Of a stretch of DNA of 64,000 nt, positions 9,627 to 19,757 are shown piece after piece. The first letter of the stretch is position 1; each line of letters starts with the position of its first letter. Source of the DNA: a virus; the IMG/VR virus record IMGVR_UViG_3300045391_006247; one strand, given 5' to 3'. The notes below the pieces were generated by a model, which worked only from the letters and a program-made list of their open reading frames with translations, was not told where the DNA came from and did not search any database. The position numbers and the translations under genes were made by a program.

Positions 9627-11077
9627 TTGAATCTTGCCTGCAATAAACTACGTTGTTCAGCCGTTAGTCCACCAAAAAAGTCTTGAAGTGAAGTGTCTTT
9701 TTTGGGTGGTTCCGGCTCATGCATAATGTCCCCTAATCTCACCCTGTTCTGAGATTTGCTGAGTTGTTCAATGCGATCGATTCTGGCTTCCAACCCCGAA
9801 GAATCTATGCCGGAAGCTTTTGCTGCACTCAATATCTCAGCTTTTGAGTTCAGGATTGACTGAACATCCTCATTGTTAAGCTCAAGATCTCTAACTTTTT
9901 GGTTTGAAGCCTTCCGAGGATTGGAGGTGTCGTAACCAAACTTGTCTCGAACCAACGTGTTGACAGCTATATCAAGCTTGTCTTTTGGTGTGCCCAAGTT
10001 TTTCTGAGTTACTTCATGAAAAGCGAAGCCATGATCAAACAAAACAGGACTGCCACTTCCATCGACACTAATGTTTGCAGCATGTCGATCTGTATTACCA
10101 ATGATGTAGTCAAAAGCTATTACCTTCAAAGCATCCCGATCGCCGATCTTTTTAATTGCTTTAAGGTTTCCAATATTAGAAACCTCGTCTTTTTCCAAAA
10201 ACGGCATCACAACTGCTGTCTTTTTCTTGACAGTCACCTTTTCGATCGGAACGGTGATGCCATCCAACCCCATTCGTTTAGCGATCTCATAAGCAAGAGT
10301 CTCAATCTTTGCTTCTTTTAAGGGTGTCTGCTTCACGAAATAATCTTTGCCGTCAATACTCGTTTTGGAAATTAAACCCAAATCACCGGCGCCCGATTGA
10401 ACTTTTAATTTTTCAAAAGTTGTTTTGTCAAATTGATCTTGAGACGGGAACTTAACGGCTCTCGACTTTGAAACTGTTTTGACTTGACTCTTTTCGGGTG
10501 TAGGCTTAACTTTTGGACTGCTTGGCTCAGCTTTGTGTGATTCAACAATAGCTTTCACAACCTCGGATTGCTGCGGTGTTGGCTTGTATCGACAGTTCAA
10601 GCTCCCACCCTGGCATTTTTTGCCGCACAGCATATTACCGGGTTTGCAGGTTGGTGTTTTCCTAGTTTTAGTTGTGGTAGATGCAAACTCGATCGCCTCC
10701 ACCCAGTCTCTGTCGTCGGCTTCATTAAACTCTGACATGTTGGGATTCACGGATTGAACAGGCATCAGCTTGTAATCCCAAGCTTCGGGGGACATCGTGA
10801 ATTGATAAAACTGAGATTTGGCAAGACTCAGCTTTTGCTCTGCTTTCCCTTTGATCGTGCTAGTAACAGTGTCGATCGTCAAGTCGAAGACACGTTGAAT
10901 CACACCCCCCACTTCTTCATCAAGAAGCGATCGCACTCTCTCTAAAACCTGCGGACTGCTAACGGTCGTCTCGGAAAACACAACAAGTGTTAACTTTCCC
11001 TCTTTAATTGATTGAAACAATCGCCCCAACTCAGCAAAAGCTTCAATTCTACTCGCCATCATATTTCTAACCCCCAA
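9623..11077 (-). CDS. Cargo-family paralog 3: shared N-terminal module plus PI3/4-kinase/HipA-like kinase domain
   Basis: YFVK, E.LAYEIAKRMGL, FDYIIGNTDRHAAN and LFDHG kinase motifs; N-terminus near-identical to 24796..26442; likely start is ATG at 11062 or 11059. Confidence 0.85.
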   Translation of the reverse strand: MGVRNMMASRIEAFAELGRLFQSIKEGKLTLVVFSETTVSSPQVLERVRSLLDEEVGGVIQRVFDLTIDTVTSTIKGKAEQKLSLAKSQFYQFTMSPEAWDYKLMPVQSVNPNMSEFNEADDRDWVEAIEFASTTTKTRKTPTCKPGNMLCGKKCQGGSLNCRYKPTPQQSEVVKAIVESHKAEPSSPKVKPTPEKSQVKTVSKSRAVKFPSQDQFDKTTFEKLKVQSGAGDLGLISKTSIDGKDYFVKQTPLKEAKIETLAYEIAKRMGLDGITVPIEKVTVKKKTAVVMPFLEKDEVSNIGNLKAIKKIGDRDALKVIAFDYIIGNTDRHAANISVDGSGSPVLFDHGFAFHEVTQKNLGTPKDKLDIAVNTLVRDKFGYDTSNPRKASNQKVRDLELNNEDVQSILNSKAEILSAAKASGIDSSGLEARIDRIEQLSKSQNRVRLGDIMHEPEPPKKDTSLQDFFGGLTAEQRSLLQARFK

Positions 11078-11282
11078 AACTATCGGTACGTCCCAACTGT
11101 TCAGACGCGATCGAGAAACCGATCACCCCTATCTGAGTCCTATTCCTTTTCAACACCTGATATCCGTCCGGATACAAAGGGGTGGGGGCTTTCGTCGTTA
11201 CTTGCAGGCGATTGTTCAGAATGTCTTCTTGCAGTTGCGCGATCGCGGTTTGAATCCGTGCGGACTTGGGGACGTATTCCAT
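11067..11282 (-). CDS. Hypothetical protein
   Basis: 71-aa ATG ORF overlapping the kinase gene start. Confidence 0.5.
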   Translation of the reverse strand: MEYVPKSARIQTAIAQLQEDILNNRLQVTTKAPTPLYPDGYQVLKRNRTQIGVIGFSIASEQLGRTDSFGG

Positions 11283-11478
11283 CGTTTGTATTGTCGGAAA
11301 TGCCTCAATTTTACTTCCGTTTCTACGGAATGCCTGATTTAGGGGCGATCGGACTGGATATCTAAATAGATTTAGGGGTTGATTATGACGATCGTCGGTT
11401 GGGTTGCGTTCGGTTTTATTGTGGGGATGGTTGCAACGATCTTTGTTTTGGCGATGGCTTCGGCTGCGGATTAATGGG

Positions 11479-11825
11479 GTGTTCCAACCTGTTTATAAAT
11501 GCGTTCCAACCCATCGATCGAGGTTGACACGCCTGAAACCCTTGATTTATATAGGGCGTGTCAACCGTGTCAACCGTTCAAGCTGTTTTCCCTAGAGGGG
11601 AAATTTCTGCGCTGTTTTTCAGGGTGGGGAGAGACCACTGTAGTCTTATATTTACTAAGTCTTCTCTTTGAGGTTGGAACAGTTATATACAGTAAAGCCG
11701 GTGCATTGATTTATAAGGCTTTCAGCCGTGGCAACCTCAAAAGCAGGGTTGGAACAGGTGACTTCACCCCAAAAAAGCGATCGCGCAAAGTCTTGATTTA
11801 CTGCGGTTTTCACCCCGTTCCAACC
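11479..11825 (-). repeat. Dispersed ori-like repeat, copy B (non-coding)
   Basis: 30-bp exact match of 11571-11600 to 58823-58852; same core and iterons as other copies. Confidence 0.9.
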
Positions 11826-11927
11826 TGGATGGGCGATCGGATAAGATTGATTTTCCTTTTTCCTATTGACAGTCTTCTAAAAGTTGGGGTAAAGCTGGGG
11901 TAACACTAAAACAAAGGACATCAAGCA

Positions 11928-12437
11928 ATGAATATTCCAACTAAAGAAGCCCTAGAATCTGTTTTGAGCCAGCTTGAAGCCCAAAAAATAGATAAAGTTG
12001 CGAACGATCTTGATGCGTTAATAGGGTCGATCGTTCTCAGGAGATACGAAGACCCTAAGTTCTCTCATGATGGTGGTTGTCATACTGTTTACACGATCGA
12101 ATTCAGCAATATGAATGCGCCATTAGAGTGCGAAACCGACTTGGTTGAATGGGTGTATCAAGAAACTTACGACCCCAATGGTTTCATGGCTCATTACACT
12201 TTTTATGGTGTTCCTGTTTGGGCGTTCTGGAATGAGATCAGATATTTTGGGGGCGAACCTCAACCTGACGCTCAAACTTCTTATGAATGCACGCCGAAAG
12301 AGTGGAATCGCGATAAAGCAAAAGAGCTTGGCATGGTGGAAGTCAAAATATCTATCAACATGAGCGACTTTAGCTGGTATGAAAAGAGATTGAGAGAAAT
12401 GCTGGGAAAGTCTGCCGAGCTTGCGGCAAACCCCTAG
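11928..12437 (+). CDS. Hypothetical protein (moron-like, opposite strand to tail genes)
   Basis: 169-aa ATG ORF with upstream AAGGA. Confidence 0.7.
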   Translation: MNIPTKEALESVLSQLEAQKIDKVANDLDALIGSIVLRRYEDPKFSHDGGCHTVYTIEFSNMNAPLECETDLVEWVYQETYDPNGFMAHYTFYGVPVWAFWNEIRYFGGEPQPDAQTSYECTPKEWNRDKAKELGMVEVKISINMSDFSWYEKRLREMLGKSAELAANP

Positions 12438-12741
12438 CCAAACAAAACCGATCGGGTTATTGCAAAGCTCATGTAGAGCAATCACCCGATCGCAAGTCTC
12501 GCAAGCCACACAAATATCGTTAAGCGATCGCTCAAATCAAAAGCCGATATGGGAATTCCCGTATCGGCTTTTGATTGAAATGGTGGACATGAAAAACCGC
12601 CCGGTGAGGGGCGGCAGGAAGGAAGGAACATGAACCGTGAAAACTTTACGCCGATTGCTCATCTAGGGCTACCCTCCATCGATTTCTGCGATTTCAAATC
12701 GCAAAATTCCAAACGCTTGCTCTGACTAGCTTTGATACGCC

Positions 12742-15159
12742 TCACTCATCAAAGCTCAACGTCACAGGGGGATTCAGATACAGCCCCAAAGACATACTCA
12801 CACCCCCCGAAGTGACCAACGATCGCCCTCCCACGACACACTGAATCGCCATTTCCTCTTCTAAAGATAAGACGACAAACAGTTTGCCAAGCAAGTGAAC
12901 GCGATCGCCCTCTTCAATCTCTGCCGCTGCTTGATGGCGTACAACAACCTGCCAAGTTTCCGTGCCCTTTGTGTTCTCGATGGATAATGCCACCTGTGCG
13001 CACGATCGCGCTTCCTCAAAATCAAACACTCCAGGGATTTGAATTGAGCCGTTCTCGGGGTCATCAGGGGTGTATCCGTTATTAGGCGAATTCAGTAGTG
13101 CCCTCAGTGAGGTTTGTGGCGCGGGTGGTTTTGGATCAGGGGGATTAGGGTTAGGGCGAACAATCTCCATTCGCGTGTGGGTCGATGGACGCCCTAGAAA
13201 CTCAGTTCTTCGCCCAATGTTCAAGGAATCCTTGAGGTCTTGCCCCTGACTGCCCGTTGTTTTGCTGTGGACGGTGTATTGCTCAAACTCCTTTTGCCAG
13301 GATTGCTCACTAACACCGCGATCGGGATAATTCACGACCACCCGTTTCACCTCATCAAACGCCCTGCCTGACGTTAAAACGGGTTTATTGGGGTCGGGTG
13401 AATCTGAGAACTCAGTCTCCGCAACCGATCGCTTTGTCAGAATCGCGTACTTTGGCTCAACCCAGTTGGGGTCGTCCTTTTGCCGTTTGATATCGGGATA
13501 CAGCCCCAAATAAGAGGCGAGAACATATCGGGTAGTGTCACTCGATCGAAGCCACTGCCACTGGTATGCCGCCCGCAGGTTATTCCCGTCATACACAACC
13601 CTGCCGTTACGGGTGATTACAGGGGCATATTGGGCTTTTATGGTCTCGATCGCATCTTGTTCTTGCTTTGCTCTTCCTAAATGCCTGCCGGTGATACTGA
13701 CCGATCGGAGATACCCCTCTGATTGGTCGTAGTTGTAAGACTCGTCTACTTCCTCAACTAATCCCCAAAATGCTTGAGGGTTAACTCCTGCACCTGTGTA
13801 GCGATACCAGTTCACTGTCACATCAGCAGTGGCAGAAATTCCTGAAACCTCAAAGTCATAAACCTGAGAACCTTTGAAGGTGAAGCCGTATTTAAATTTT
13901 TTCGCCTTGATGATCGTGCCATTTCTATAAAGGGTGCGCGTTCGTTCCTTTGTGATTCCCCCAGAATCAAAGTTATGCGATAAATTCCCGAGGCTCAACT
14001 TATTGCTTGCCAAACTGTTGAATTCTGGAGGTGCGTCTTCGGGAAACTCGTCGGCATCGTCAATCCAGATGGAAGTATTGCGGACTCGATCGCTCTCATT
14101 AGCGTCAGTGTCCAGCGTCAACCGAGTGTTTTTGTACTCGTTGGATAATTGATTGTTCTGACTCTGAGCTTCGTAATCCGCCCCTTTGCCGCTGAGGGTA
14201 ATCGCGATCGGACTCAATAAATCAGCCTTGGAAATCCAGTGAACGCGAGTTTTACCCCATTCACGAGTCTGGACATTGTTTTGTCCACTGTAAAAGACGA
14301 ATGATTTTTTACCGATCGCCCTTGATTCAAGCTCTGAGCCTAGCTGAGTTGTAACTGAAGCAGGGGTGCTGTAGCTCTGATTTAGTTTAATTGCCGCACC
14401 AGAGTAAGGCACCCCTGCAAGTTGAGCCAAACTCGAAACAGTCCCCCCATCGCGATCGATCGCATCTTTAACCTTGATTGATTCTGATAATTCCTCAACA
14501 AATCGCCCGGTCAGCGATACTTCCACCTGAATCCAGCCACCCGGATAAATCACCTCGGGTAATCGTTGAATCGCGATCGAGTCTACGCTGTAGCCAACCC
14601 CAAACGCCCCGATGCGCGATCGGTTTTTTAGCTGCTCTCTTACGTCCGGTTCGTTGGATGCGAGTGTGGTGAAAGTGAAAGAACCGGACGGTTGGCTTCC
14701 GAAACTACGCGATCGCTTGAAACTTCCGGTAATATTCCACTCTCCCCACCAATTTGGAGGACGTGTCAGCACTTCGGCGTCAGGAATTAAAACAGGGGGG
14801 TAGCTTGCAATTTGATAGTGAACAATTGCCGGAGTCGCGATCGGTGGAATAGGGAAGAAGGTTATTTCCCCTGTTGCCGTGTCCCAGCTGAATGAGTTCT
14901 GCTCAGGGGTGTTAGCTGTTGCAGGCTCGTAAGTTACTCCGCCAATCGTTATAGAGTCGATCGCTCCTACATCTTCTGGAGCCTCGATCGTGCCTGTGCT
15001 TGAAGTCGTTGTGATTATGGTGGCAGATAGGATTGTCGAAGTGCGATCGCCGTACATCAGTGATGCTCCGCCCTGTGCGATCGTTTCTACGACAGGTGCG
15101 CCGTTACCTGGGGATGCGATCGGGCTTAGGGGAAGTTCAGGGCTGTTGAGGGTGAGCAT
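12742..15159 (-). CDS. Large tail/baseplate hub-like protein
   Basis: Long ORF in the tail cluster; start moved to ATG 15159 (MLTLNSPE) to avoid overlap with the propeller gene. Confidence 0.65.
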   Translation of the reverse strand: MLTLNSPELPLSPIASPGNGAPVVETIAQGGASLMYGDRTSTILSATIITTTSSTGTIEAPEDVGAIDSITIGGVTYEPATANTPEQNSFSWDTATGEITFFPIPPIATPAIVHYQIASYPPVLIPDAEVLTRPPNWWGEWNITGSFKRSRSFGSQPSGSFTFTTLASNEPDVREQLKNRSRIGAFGVGYSVDSIAIQRLPEVIYPGGWIQVEVSLTGRFVEELSESIKVKDAIDRDGGTVSSLAQLAGVPYSGAAIKLNQSYSTPASVTTQLGSELESRAIGKKSFVFYSGQNNVQTREWGKTRVHWISKADLLSPIAITLSGKGADYEAQSQNNQLSNEYKNTRLTLDTDANESDRVRNTSIWIDDADEFPEDAPPEFNSLASNKLSLGNLSHNFDSGGITKERTRTLYRNGTIIKAKKFKYGFTFKGSQVYDFEVSGISATADVTVNWYRYTGAGVNPQAFWGLVEEVDESYNYDQSEGYLRSVSITGRHLGRAKQEQDAIETIKAQYAPVITRNGRVVYDGNNLRAAYQWQWLRSSDTTRYVLASYLGLYPDIKRQKDDPNWVEPKYAILTKRSVAETEFSDSPDPNKPVLTSGRAFDEVKRVVVNYPDRGVSEQSWQKEFEQYTVHSKTTGSQGQDLKDSLNIGRRTEFLGRPSTHTRMEIVRPNPNPPDPKPPAPQTSLRALLNSPNNGYTPDDPENGSIQIPGVFDFEEARSCAQVALSIENTKGTETWQVVVRHQAAAEIEEGDRVHLLGKLFVVLSLEEEMAIQCVVGGRSLVTSGGVSMSLGLYLNPPVTLSFDE

Positions 15160-15172
15160 GAGGGCGATCGGA

Positions 15173-16330
15173 CTAGTATTTATTGAGATAGCTAGATAGG
15201 GTAATGTTTGGCTTGTAAGTATTGGAAAACTGCCCGTAAATTCTCGCTGTAGTTGACTCACGAGGAATACAGAACACTCTGCCATCCAACATCAAAACTC
15301 CACCCTGGAAAGCAGCAGAGCCAGCAAATGCTCCCGATGGGGTGGTGACAGTGTCCGCGATCGGGTCATAAATCCGCGCAGTAGTTGAGTTTAAGGGAAC
15401 GCAAAAGACTCGTCCATCTGGCATCAAAACACCAGTAACAAAAGCGTTGCTACCCGGATAAGTCCCGACTGGTGTGACTAAAGTGTCAGTGACAGGGTCA
15501 TAAATCCGCGCCGTTGTAGAAGTCTGAGGAACACAAAACACTCTGCCATCGGGTAAAAGCACGCCACCCTGAAAAGAGTTCCCGCCTGGGTAGGTCCCTG
15601 TTGGTGTAGTTAAGGTGTTTGCGATCGGATCATAAATCCGCGCAGTGGTAGATGTTTGGGGAACACAAAACACTCGTCCATCTAGTAGTAATTGTCCACC
15701 CGCAAAAGAAGTTACTCCTGGATAAGTCCCTGCTGGGGTTGTGAGGGTATCGGTAACAGGGTCGTAAATCCGCGCAGTGGTTGAGTTGAATGGAACACAA
15801 AACACTCTGCCATCGGGCAAGAGTACGCCACCTTGGAAAGCGTTGACGGTTGGGTAAGTTCCACTCGGTGTGATTAGTGTATCCGCGATCGGGTCATAAA
15901 TCCGCGCAGTCATCGAGTTGGACGGCACGCAAAACACTCGCCCATCTTGTAGCAATACACCACCAATAAAAGCGTTTAACCCTGGATAAGTTCCTGAAGG
16001 AGTAGTGACGGTATCGGTAGCAGGGTTGTAAATTCTTGCAGATGTAGAACTTGCCGGAACACAAAATATTCTTCCATCCGGCAGTACCACCCCTCCTCTA
16101 AAAGCTGTTGACCCTGGATAGGTTCCGCCCGGTGTGATTAAGTTATTTGAGGTTAAAACAGTGGCGCTTTTTGTGCGGTTGAGATGCCTCAGAAATCTTT
16201 TTGATGCAGAGGGCTGTACTACCCGATCGCGTGTCATCCCAGATGTATCAGTGCGCTGAATCTGAGAAAATGCCTGAACTTTGGGCGATCGCAAGCTAGT
16301 GACAGCGCTCCAAGAAACAAGTCCTGGCAT
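15173..16330 (-). CDS. Seven-repeat Kelch-like beta-propeller protein
   Basis: Seven ~44-aa repeats TLTTPxGTYPGxxxFxGGVLLPDGRVFCVPxxSTTARIYDP. Confidence 0.85.
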   Translation of the reverse strand: MPGLVSWSAVTSLRSPKVQAFSQIQRTDTSGMTRDRVVQPSASKRFLRHLNRTKSATVLTSNNLITPGGTYPGSTAFRGGVVLPDGRIFCVPASSTSARIYNPATDTVTTPSGTYPGLNAFIGGVLLQDGRVFCVPSNSMTARIYDPIADTLITPSGTYPTVNAFQGGVLLPDGRVFCVPFNSTTARIYDPVTDTLTTPAGTYPGVTSFAGGQLLLDGRVFCVPQTSTTARIYDPIANTLTTPTGTYPGGNSFQGGVLLPDGRVFCVPQTSTTARIYDPVTDTLVTPVGTYPGSNAFVTGVLMPDGRVFCVPLNSTTARIYDPIADTVTTPSGAFAGSAAFQGGVLMLDGRVFCIPRESTTARIYGQFSNTYKPNITLSSYLNKY

Positions 16331-16777
16331 CTAGAAGTCCTCAACGATCGCGGTGACTGTTACGGTAGCGGCAGCGGTAACAGCTACTTTTGCGGCAATT
16401 CTTAGCTTCTTAGTCGCAGGCAAAGGGATAAAGCGGTTGCCATAAATATCCAAAACACTCCAAGGCAAGTTGTTGGCATTCAGTCCGTTGACGGAGTTAA
16501 CAGTGCCGTCAAAACCCGAGTTGGCGGGAACGTCAATGTGTCCGATTAGAGCGTCACCGCTGCCGACCGAAGTACCCGAAGAGGATGAATCAGACAGGTA
16601 TAAAAGAACGTCTCGTGCGGTTCCATCTGAGCTGGCGATCGCAATAGCCACCACTCTAGAATCATCCGTCCCCGCAGAAACTAAATCTTTCAGGTTGGTA
16701 GAGTCGGCGTTGACTAGAGTTGTGACGCTGCTAGCTCGATATCCGATCGGTAAATATAAAGTGTTTTGTTTAGCCAT
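16331..16777 (-). CDS. Tail-associated structural protein
   Basis: 148 aa, beta-rich, tightly coupled to neighbours. Confidence 0.65.
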   Translation of the reverse strand: MAKQNTLYLPIGYRASSVTTLVNADSTNLKDLVSAGTDDSRVVAIAIASSDGTARDVLLYLSDSSSSGTSVGSGDALIGHIDVPANSGFDGTVNSVNGLNANNLPWSVLDIYGNRFIPLPATKKLRIAAKVAVTAAATVTVTAIVEDF

Positions 16778-17085
16778 TACACAACCTCAACGTGAATCTT
16801 TTCTGCAGGAATACCAAACTGTTGAAATTCAAATGCCAACGCCGCACTCATGTCTGACGGTGCCCAGTTGACTGCAACTTGATACTCTGTCTGCCAACAT
16901 CCATTGAGGCTTTGTCTGCTGACACGCGAAACGCCTTGCAACTCTTCCATTGATGCGGCGATCGCATCAGCACTTTGCAAATCAAGGGCGATCGAAGCTA
17001 AAACCCTGTGAGGTTCAGAGCCGCTACTTGAATAAATCTCAATCCAGACAGCAAACGTTGGGGAATAAGACTGCGAAAGGGGCAT
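16777..17085 (-). CDS. Hypothetical protein
   Basis: 102 aa, 1-nt overlaps with both neighbours. Confidence 0.65.
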   Translation of the reverse strand: MPLSQSYSPTFAVWIEIYSSSGSEPHRVLASIALDLQSADAIAASMEELQGVSRVSRQSLNGCWQTEYQVAVNWAPSDMSAALAFEFQQFGIPAEKIHVEVV

Positions 17086-18041
17086 TAAATCACCTGCAAA
17101 AGTAGAAGATTAAGCTTTGCGTTAACGGCGGCATCAACAGAGCCAGCAGTTTGACTTGATGGCGACCAGTGATACCTGGTGCCGTCGAAGAAATAACGTA
17201 AGTAACTGTTAGCGTTAGCAGTTGCAAGAATGTTGATTGCGGTTGTGGTAATACCGCCGACAATACTTGGCGTTGGTAGGGTTATCGATCGCCCTCCCGT
17301 GCCGTCTTGAACTATTCGCAGCCAGCCCGAATCACCAGCTACCGCATTGCTAACTGAAAGAGTTCGATTGCCGCTAATCGTAACGACTGCGTTCAGCCCT
17401 AAATTCAAGTTGAATGTGATTGTGGCTCCGTCTGTCAGCGTTTGAATGCCGCCAATTCCAATACTCGATCGCGCTGTCGATGGGGAAGTAAGCCCTGATA
17501 AATTACTTGCGCCGTCTAGAAGTGTGCGAGTAGTGTTCGTCGAATCTTTGTATTGGATGGAATTGACGTTTCGCCATAGACGCCCGATCGCGGCTCCGGT
17601 TGAAGTGCCAAGAGTGAGATCGGCGGCAACTGTTCCACCCGTAATTGCAACAGCGGAAGCGTTCTGAGTAGACATGCTTCCAAGCACAGTACTTTTGCTG
17701 TTGAAAAAGTACGTTGTTCCGTCAAAGTAATATTCAAATAGGGTGGCTGTTGCTGTTGTTGTCAGAGTTCCTTCCGTGTCTCCTTGAACGTTAGCAGGAA
17801 CAGTAAGGGTAAGGGTTTTAGTATTTGCGCCATCTTGCAATACAAGCAGCCGCCCAGAGTCCCCTGTTGTGCCATTGGTTATAGAAAGATTTCGACTAGC
17901 GGCAATAGTGACGACTGCATTTAACCTGGCAGCTAAGTTAAAAGTAATTGTTGCCCCATCAGTCAGGGTTTGGATGCCGCCAATCCCGATGCTCGATCGC
18001 GCTCCCGCTTGACTTGTTGGAGTAAAAGTTCCGTATTTCAT
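17085..18041 (-). CDS. Tail fibre-like protein with an internally duplicated domain
   Basis: ARSSIGIGGIQTLTDGATITFNL occurs twice, each followed by LNAVVTI...GDSGxL. Confidence 0.75.
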   Translation of the reverse strand: MKYGTFTPTSQAGARSSIGIGGIQTLTDGATITFNLAARLNAVVTIAASRNLSITNGTTGDSGRLLVLQDGANTKTLTLTVPANVQGDTEGTLTTTATATLFEYYFDGTTYFFNSKSTVLGSMSTQNASAVAITGGTVAADLTLGTSTGAAIGRLWRNVNSIQYKDSTNTTRTLLDGASNLSGLTSPSTARSSIGIGGIQTLTDGATITFNLNLGLNAVVTISGNRTLSVSNAVAGDSGWLRIVQDGTGGRSITLPTPSIVGGITTTAINILATANANSYLRYFFDGTRYHWSPSSQTAGSVDAAVNAKLNLLLLQVI

Positions 18042-19423
18042 TAGCCTGTTACCACTACCGTCCAGGTTCCTGTCATTGTTGCCGCAAAGCTTGTCAAGTC
18101 AACGGTTAGGGTCGTTGTTGAGGTAAAAGTAATGTCATCAACACCCCCTATTGCTTTGTTGTTGTTGTCTGCGATTGCCCATGTGCAAATTTGAGCGCCA
18201 AGATTATGGTTAACAGTCAAAATGCCACTACTTAAAGAAGCACTAGTGAAAGTTGTTCGGTAAACTCCCGCCGCACTTAAATTTGTCCGTGCTGCCGCCG
18301 CAGTTGTCGCGCCTGTCCCACCGTTGGCAACAGCGATCGCTGTTCCGTTCCACACTCCAGTGGCGATCGTGCCTAATGTCGTGATGCTCGATTGACCAAC
18401 ATAAGTGGCAGCAATATCAACACCAGCACCAGAAACAAAGATTCTGTTAGTAGTTCCCGTAACAGCAAATATATTCCCCGTCAGGCTTAAGCCGTTACCA
18501 TTGGTGTAAGTCGCGCCTGCACCAAACTGGGTAAAGGTGAGTGCCGTTGAACCAAGGGTGATGGGTAGTGGGGTGGATAGAACCCAGCTAGTCGTGGCGT
18601 TCGTCGAGCCTTCTTCAATAAAGGTAAACGAGCCTGTTGTAAGTTTTGTGGCTGTGTCTGCGTCCGTTGTGCGAGCCAACGCAGCGCCCGCCGAAGTGAA
18701 AACGTAATACCCGTTTTCAGCTGCTGCCGTTTGGTTTTTAAGAAGAATTCGGTTGCCCGCAGCAAGTGTTACCCCGTCGATCGCGCTTGGGGCGGATGAG
18801 ACACTGACGTTGGCAGTAGAAGCAACACGACAAGAAGCTTTAACATCTAAGCCTTGGGAAAAGGCGTCAACATAAGCTTTTGTTGCAGCATCTTGAGCGT
18901 TAGTAGGGTCTGCTAATCCCGTTATTTTTTGAGAGTTGAACGCGACCGATGCGGTTGGTGCGGCAAGCTGGTCAAGTCTATTTGTTCTAACCTGTGTGTC
19001 AAAGTTGGAAATCTTGGAGGCTAATAGGGACGGGACATCCGCAGCCGCGATCGCCCTAAAAACAGGAGTACCACTAGAACCATCAGGGCTAGCAAAAAAT
19101 ACATTTGCAGATTGACTGTTGAATGCTGCGGTTAGCGTTCCGGTGGTTGTAACGGGTGAACCTGAAACGCCAAATATGTTAGGTAGTGCCAACGCAACGC
19201 TGGTGACTGTCCCCCCGCCACCACTAAGGGCTTGGGTGGCAAGTTGTCCGGTTGAGTCAACTGTGATTGCTTGGGTAGACCCAGGCAGCGCATTAAACAG
19301 CGTTAAGTCAAAGCTGGTTGCAGGGGCTGATGCTGGAGGTTTTAGCCCAACATAGTTAGATCCGTCTGTCGTTCTAAATCGCAATCCAGATTTGATTGCC
19401 TCGATTATCCCGAATCTAGCCAT
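18041..19423 (-). CDS. Tail fibre protein
   Basis: 460 aa, Thr/Ala/Gly rich, LADPTNAQDAATKAYVD fibre motif. Confidence 0.75.
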   Translation of the reverse strand: MARFGIIEAIKSGLRFRTTDGSNYVGLKPPASAPATSFDLTLFNALPGSTQAITVDSTGQLATQALSGGGGTVTSVALALPNIFGVSGSPVTTTGTLTAAFNSQSANVFFASPDGSSGTPVFRAIAAADVPSLLASKISNFDTQVRTNRLDQLAAPTASVAFNSQKITGLADPTNAQDAATKAYVDAFSQGLDVKASCRVASTANVSVSSAPSAIDGVTLAAGNRILLKNQTAAAENGYYVFTSAGAALARTTDADTATKLTTGSFTFIEEGSTNATTSWVLSTPLPITLGSTALTFTQFGAGATYTNGNGLSLTGNIFAVTGTTNRIFVSGAGVDIAATYVGQSSITTLGTIATGVWNGTAIAVANGGTGATTAAAARTNLSAAGVYRTTFTSASLSSGILTVNHNLGAQICTWAIADNNNKAIGGVDDITFTSTTTLTVDLTSFAATMTGTWTVVVTG

Positions 19424-19757
19424 TGATGACGATCCTCCAAGTACCTTGTAATGGGCTAAAACTGCTCAAATTAAAAGAAGCGATCGAAGTTGTCAGGTTG
19501 TCTTCATCGTCTGGATAAACGCGATCGCCCGAAGCATTTGTGATGCGAGCGCTCGCAGGGTAAACCTCTAAGTTGTGGTTGACCACCAAAATTCCAGCGA
19601 TCGACAAACTCGCGTCAGTGAAAGTCTGCTCGTAACGCAAACCTCCATTAACTCCATCCTGTCCGTCTTGACCATCGGCTCCGGGTGGTCCCTGAATCCC
19701 TTGAACACCCTCGATCGCAATTCTTCTTACTGCCTGCGGGTTAATTTGAATTGACAT
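19416..19757 (-). CDS. Short collagen-like tail-associated protein
   Basis: GVQGIQGPPGADGQDGQDG Gly-X-Y run. Confidence 0.65.
   Translation of the reverse strand: MSIQINPQAVRRIAIEGVQGIQGPPGADGQDGQDGVNGGLRYEQTFTDASLSIAGILVVNHNLEVYPASARITNASGDRVYPDDEDNLTTSIASFNLSSFSPLQGTWRIVING

Noticed and set aside
15173-16330. 132-bp periodic repeats as a CRISPR array or DGR template/variable pair
   Set aside because: In-frame coding repeats with synonymous variation; no repeat-spacer structure, cas genes or reverse transcriptase in the window
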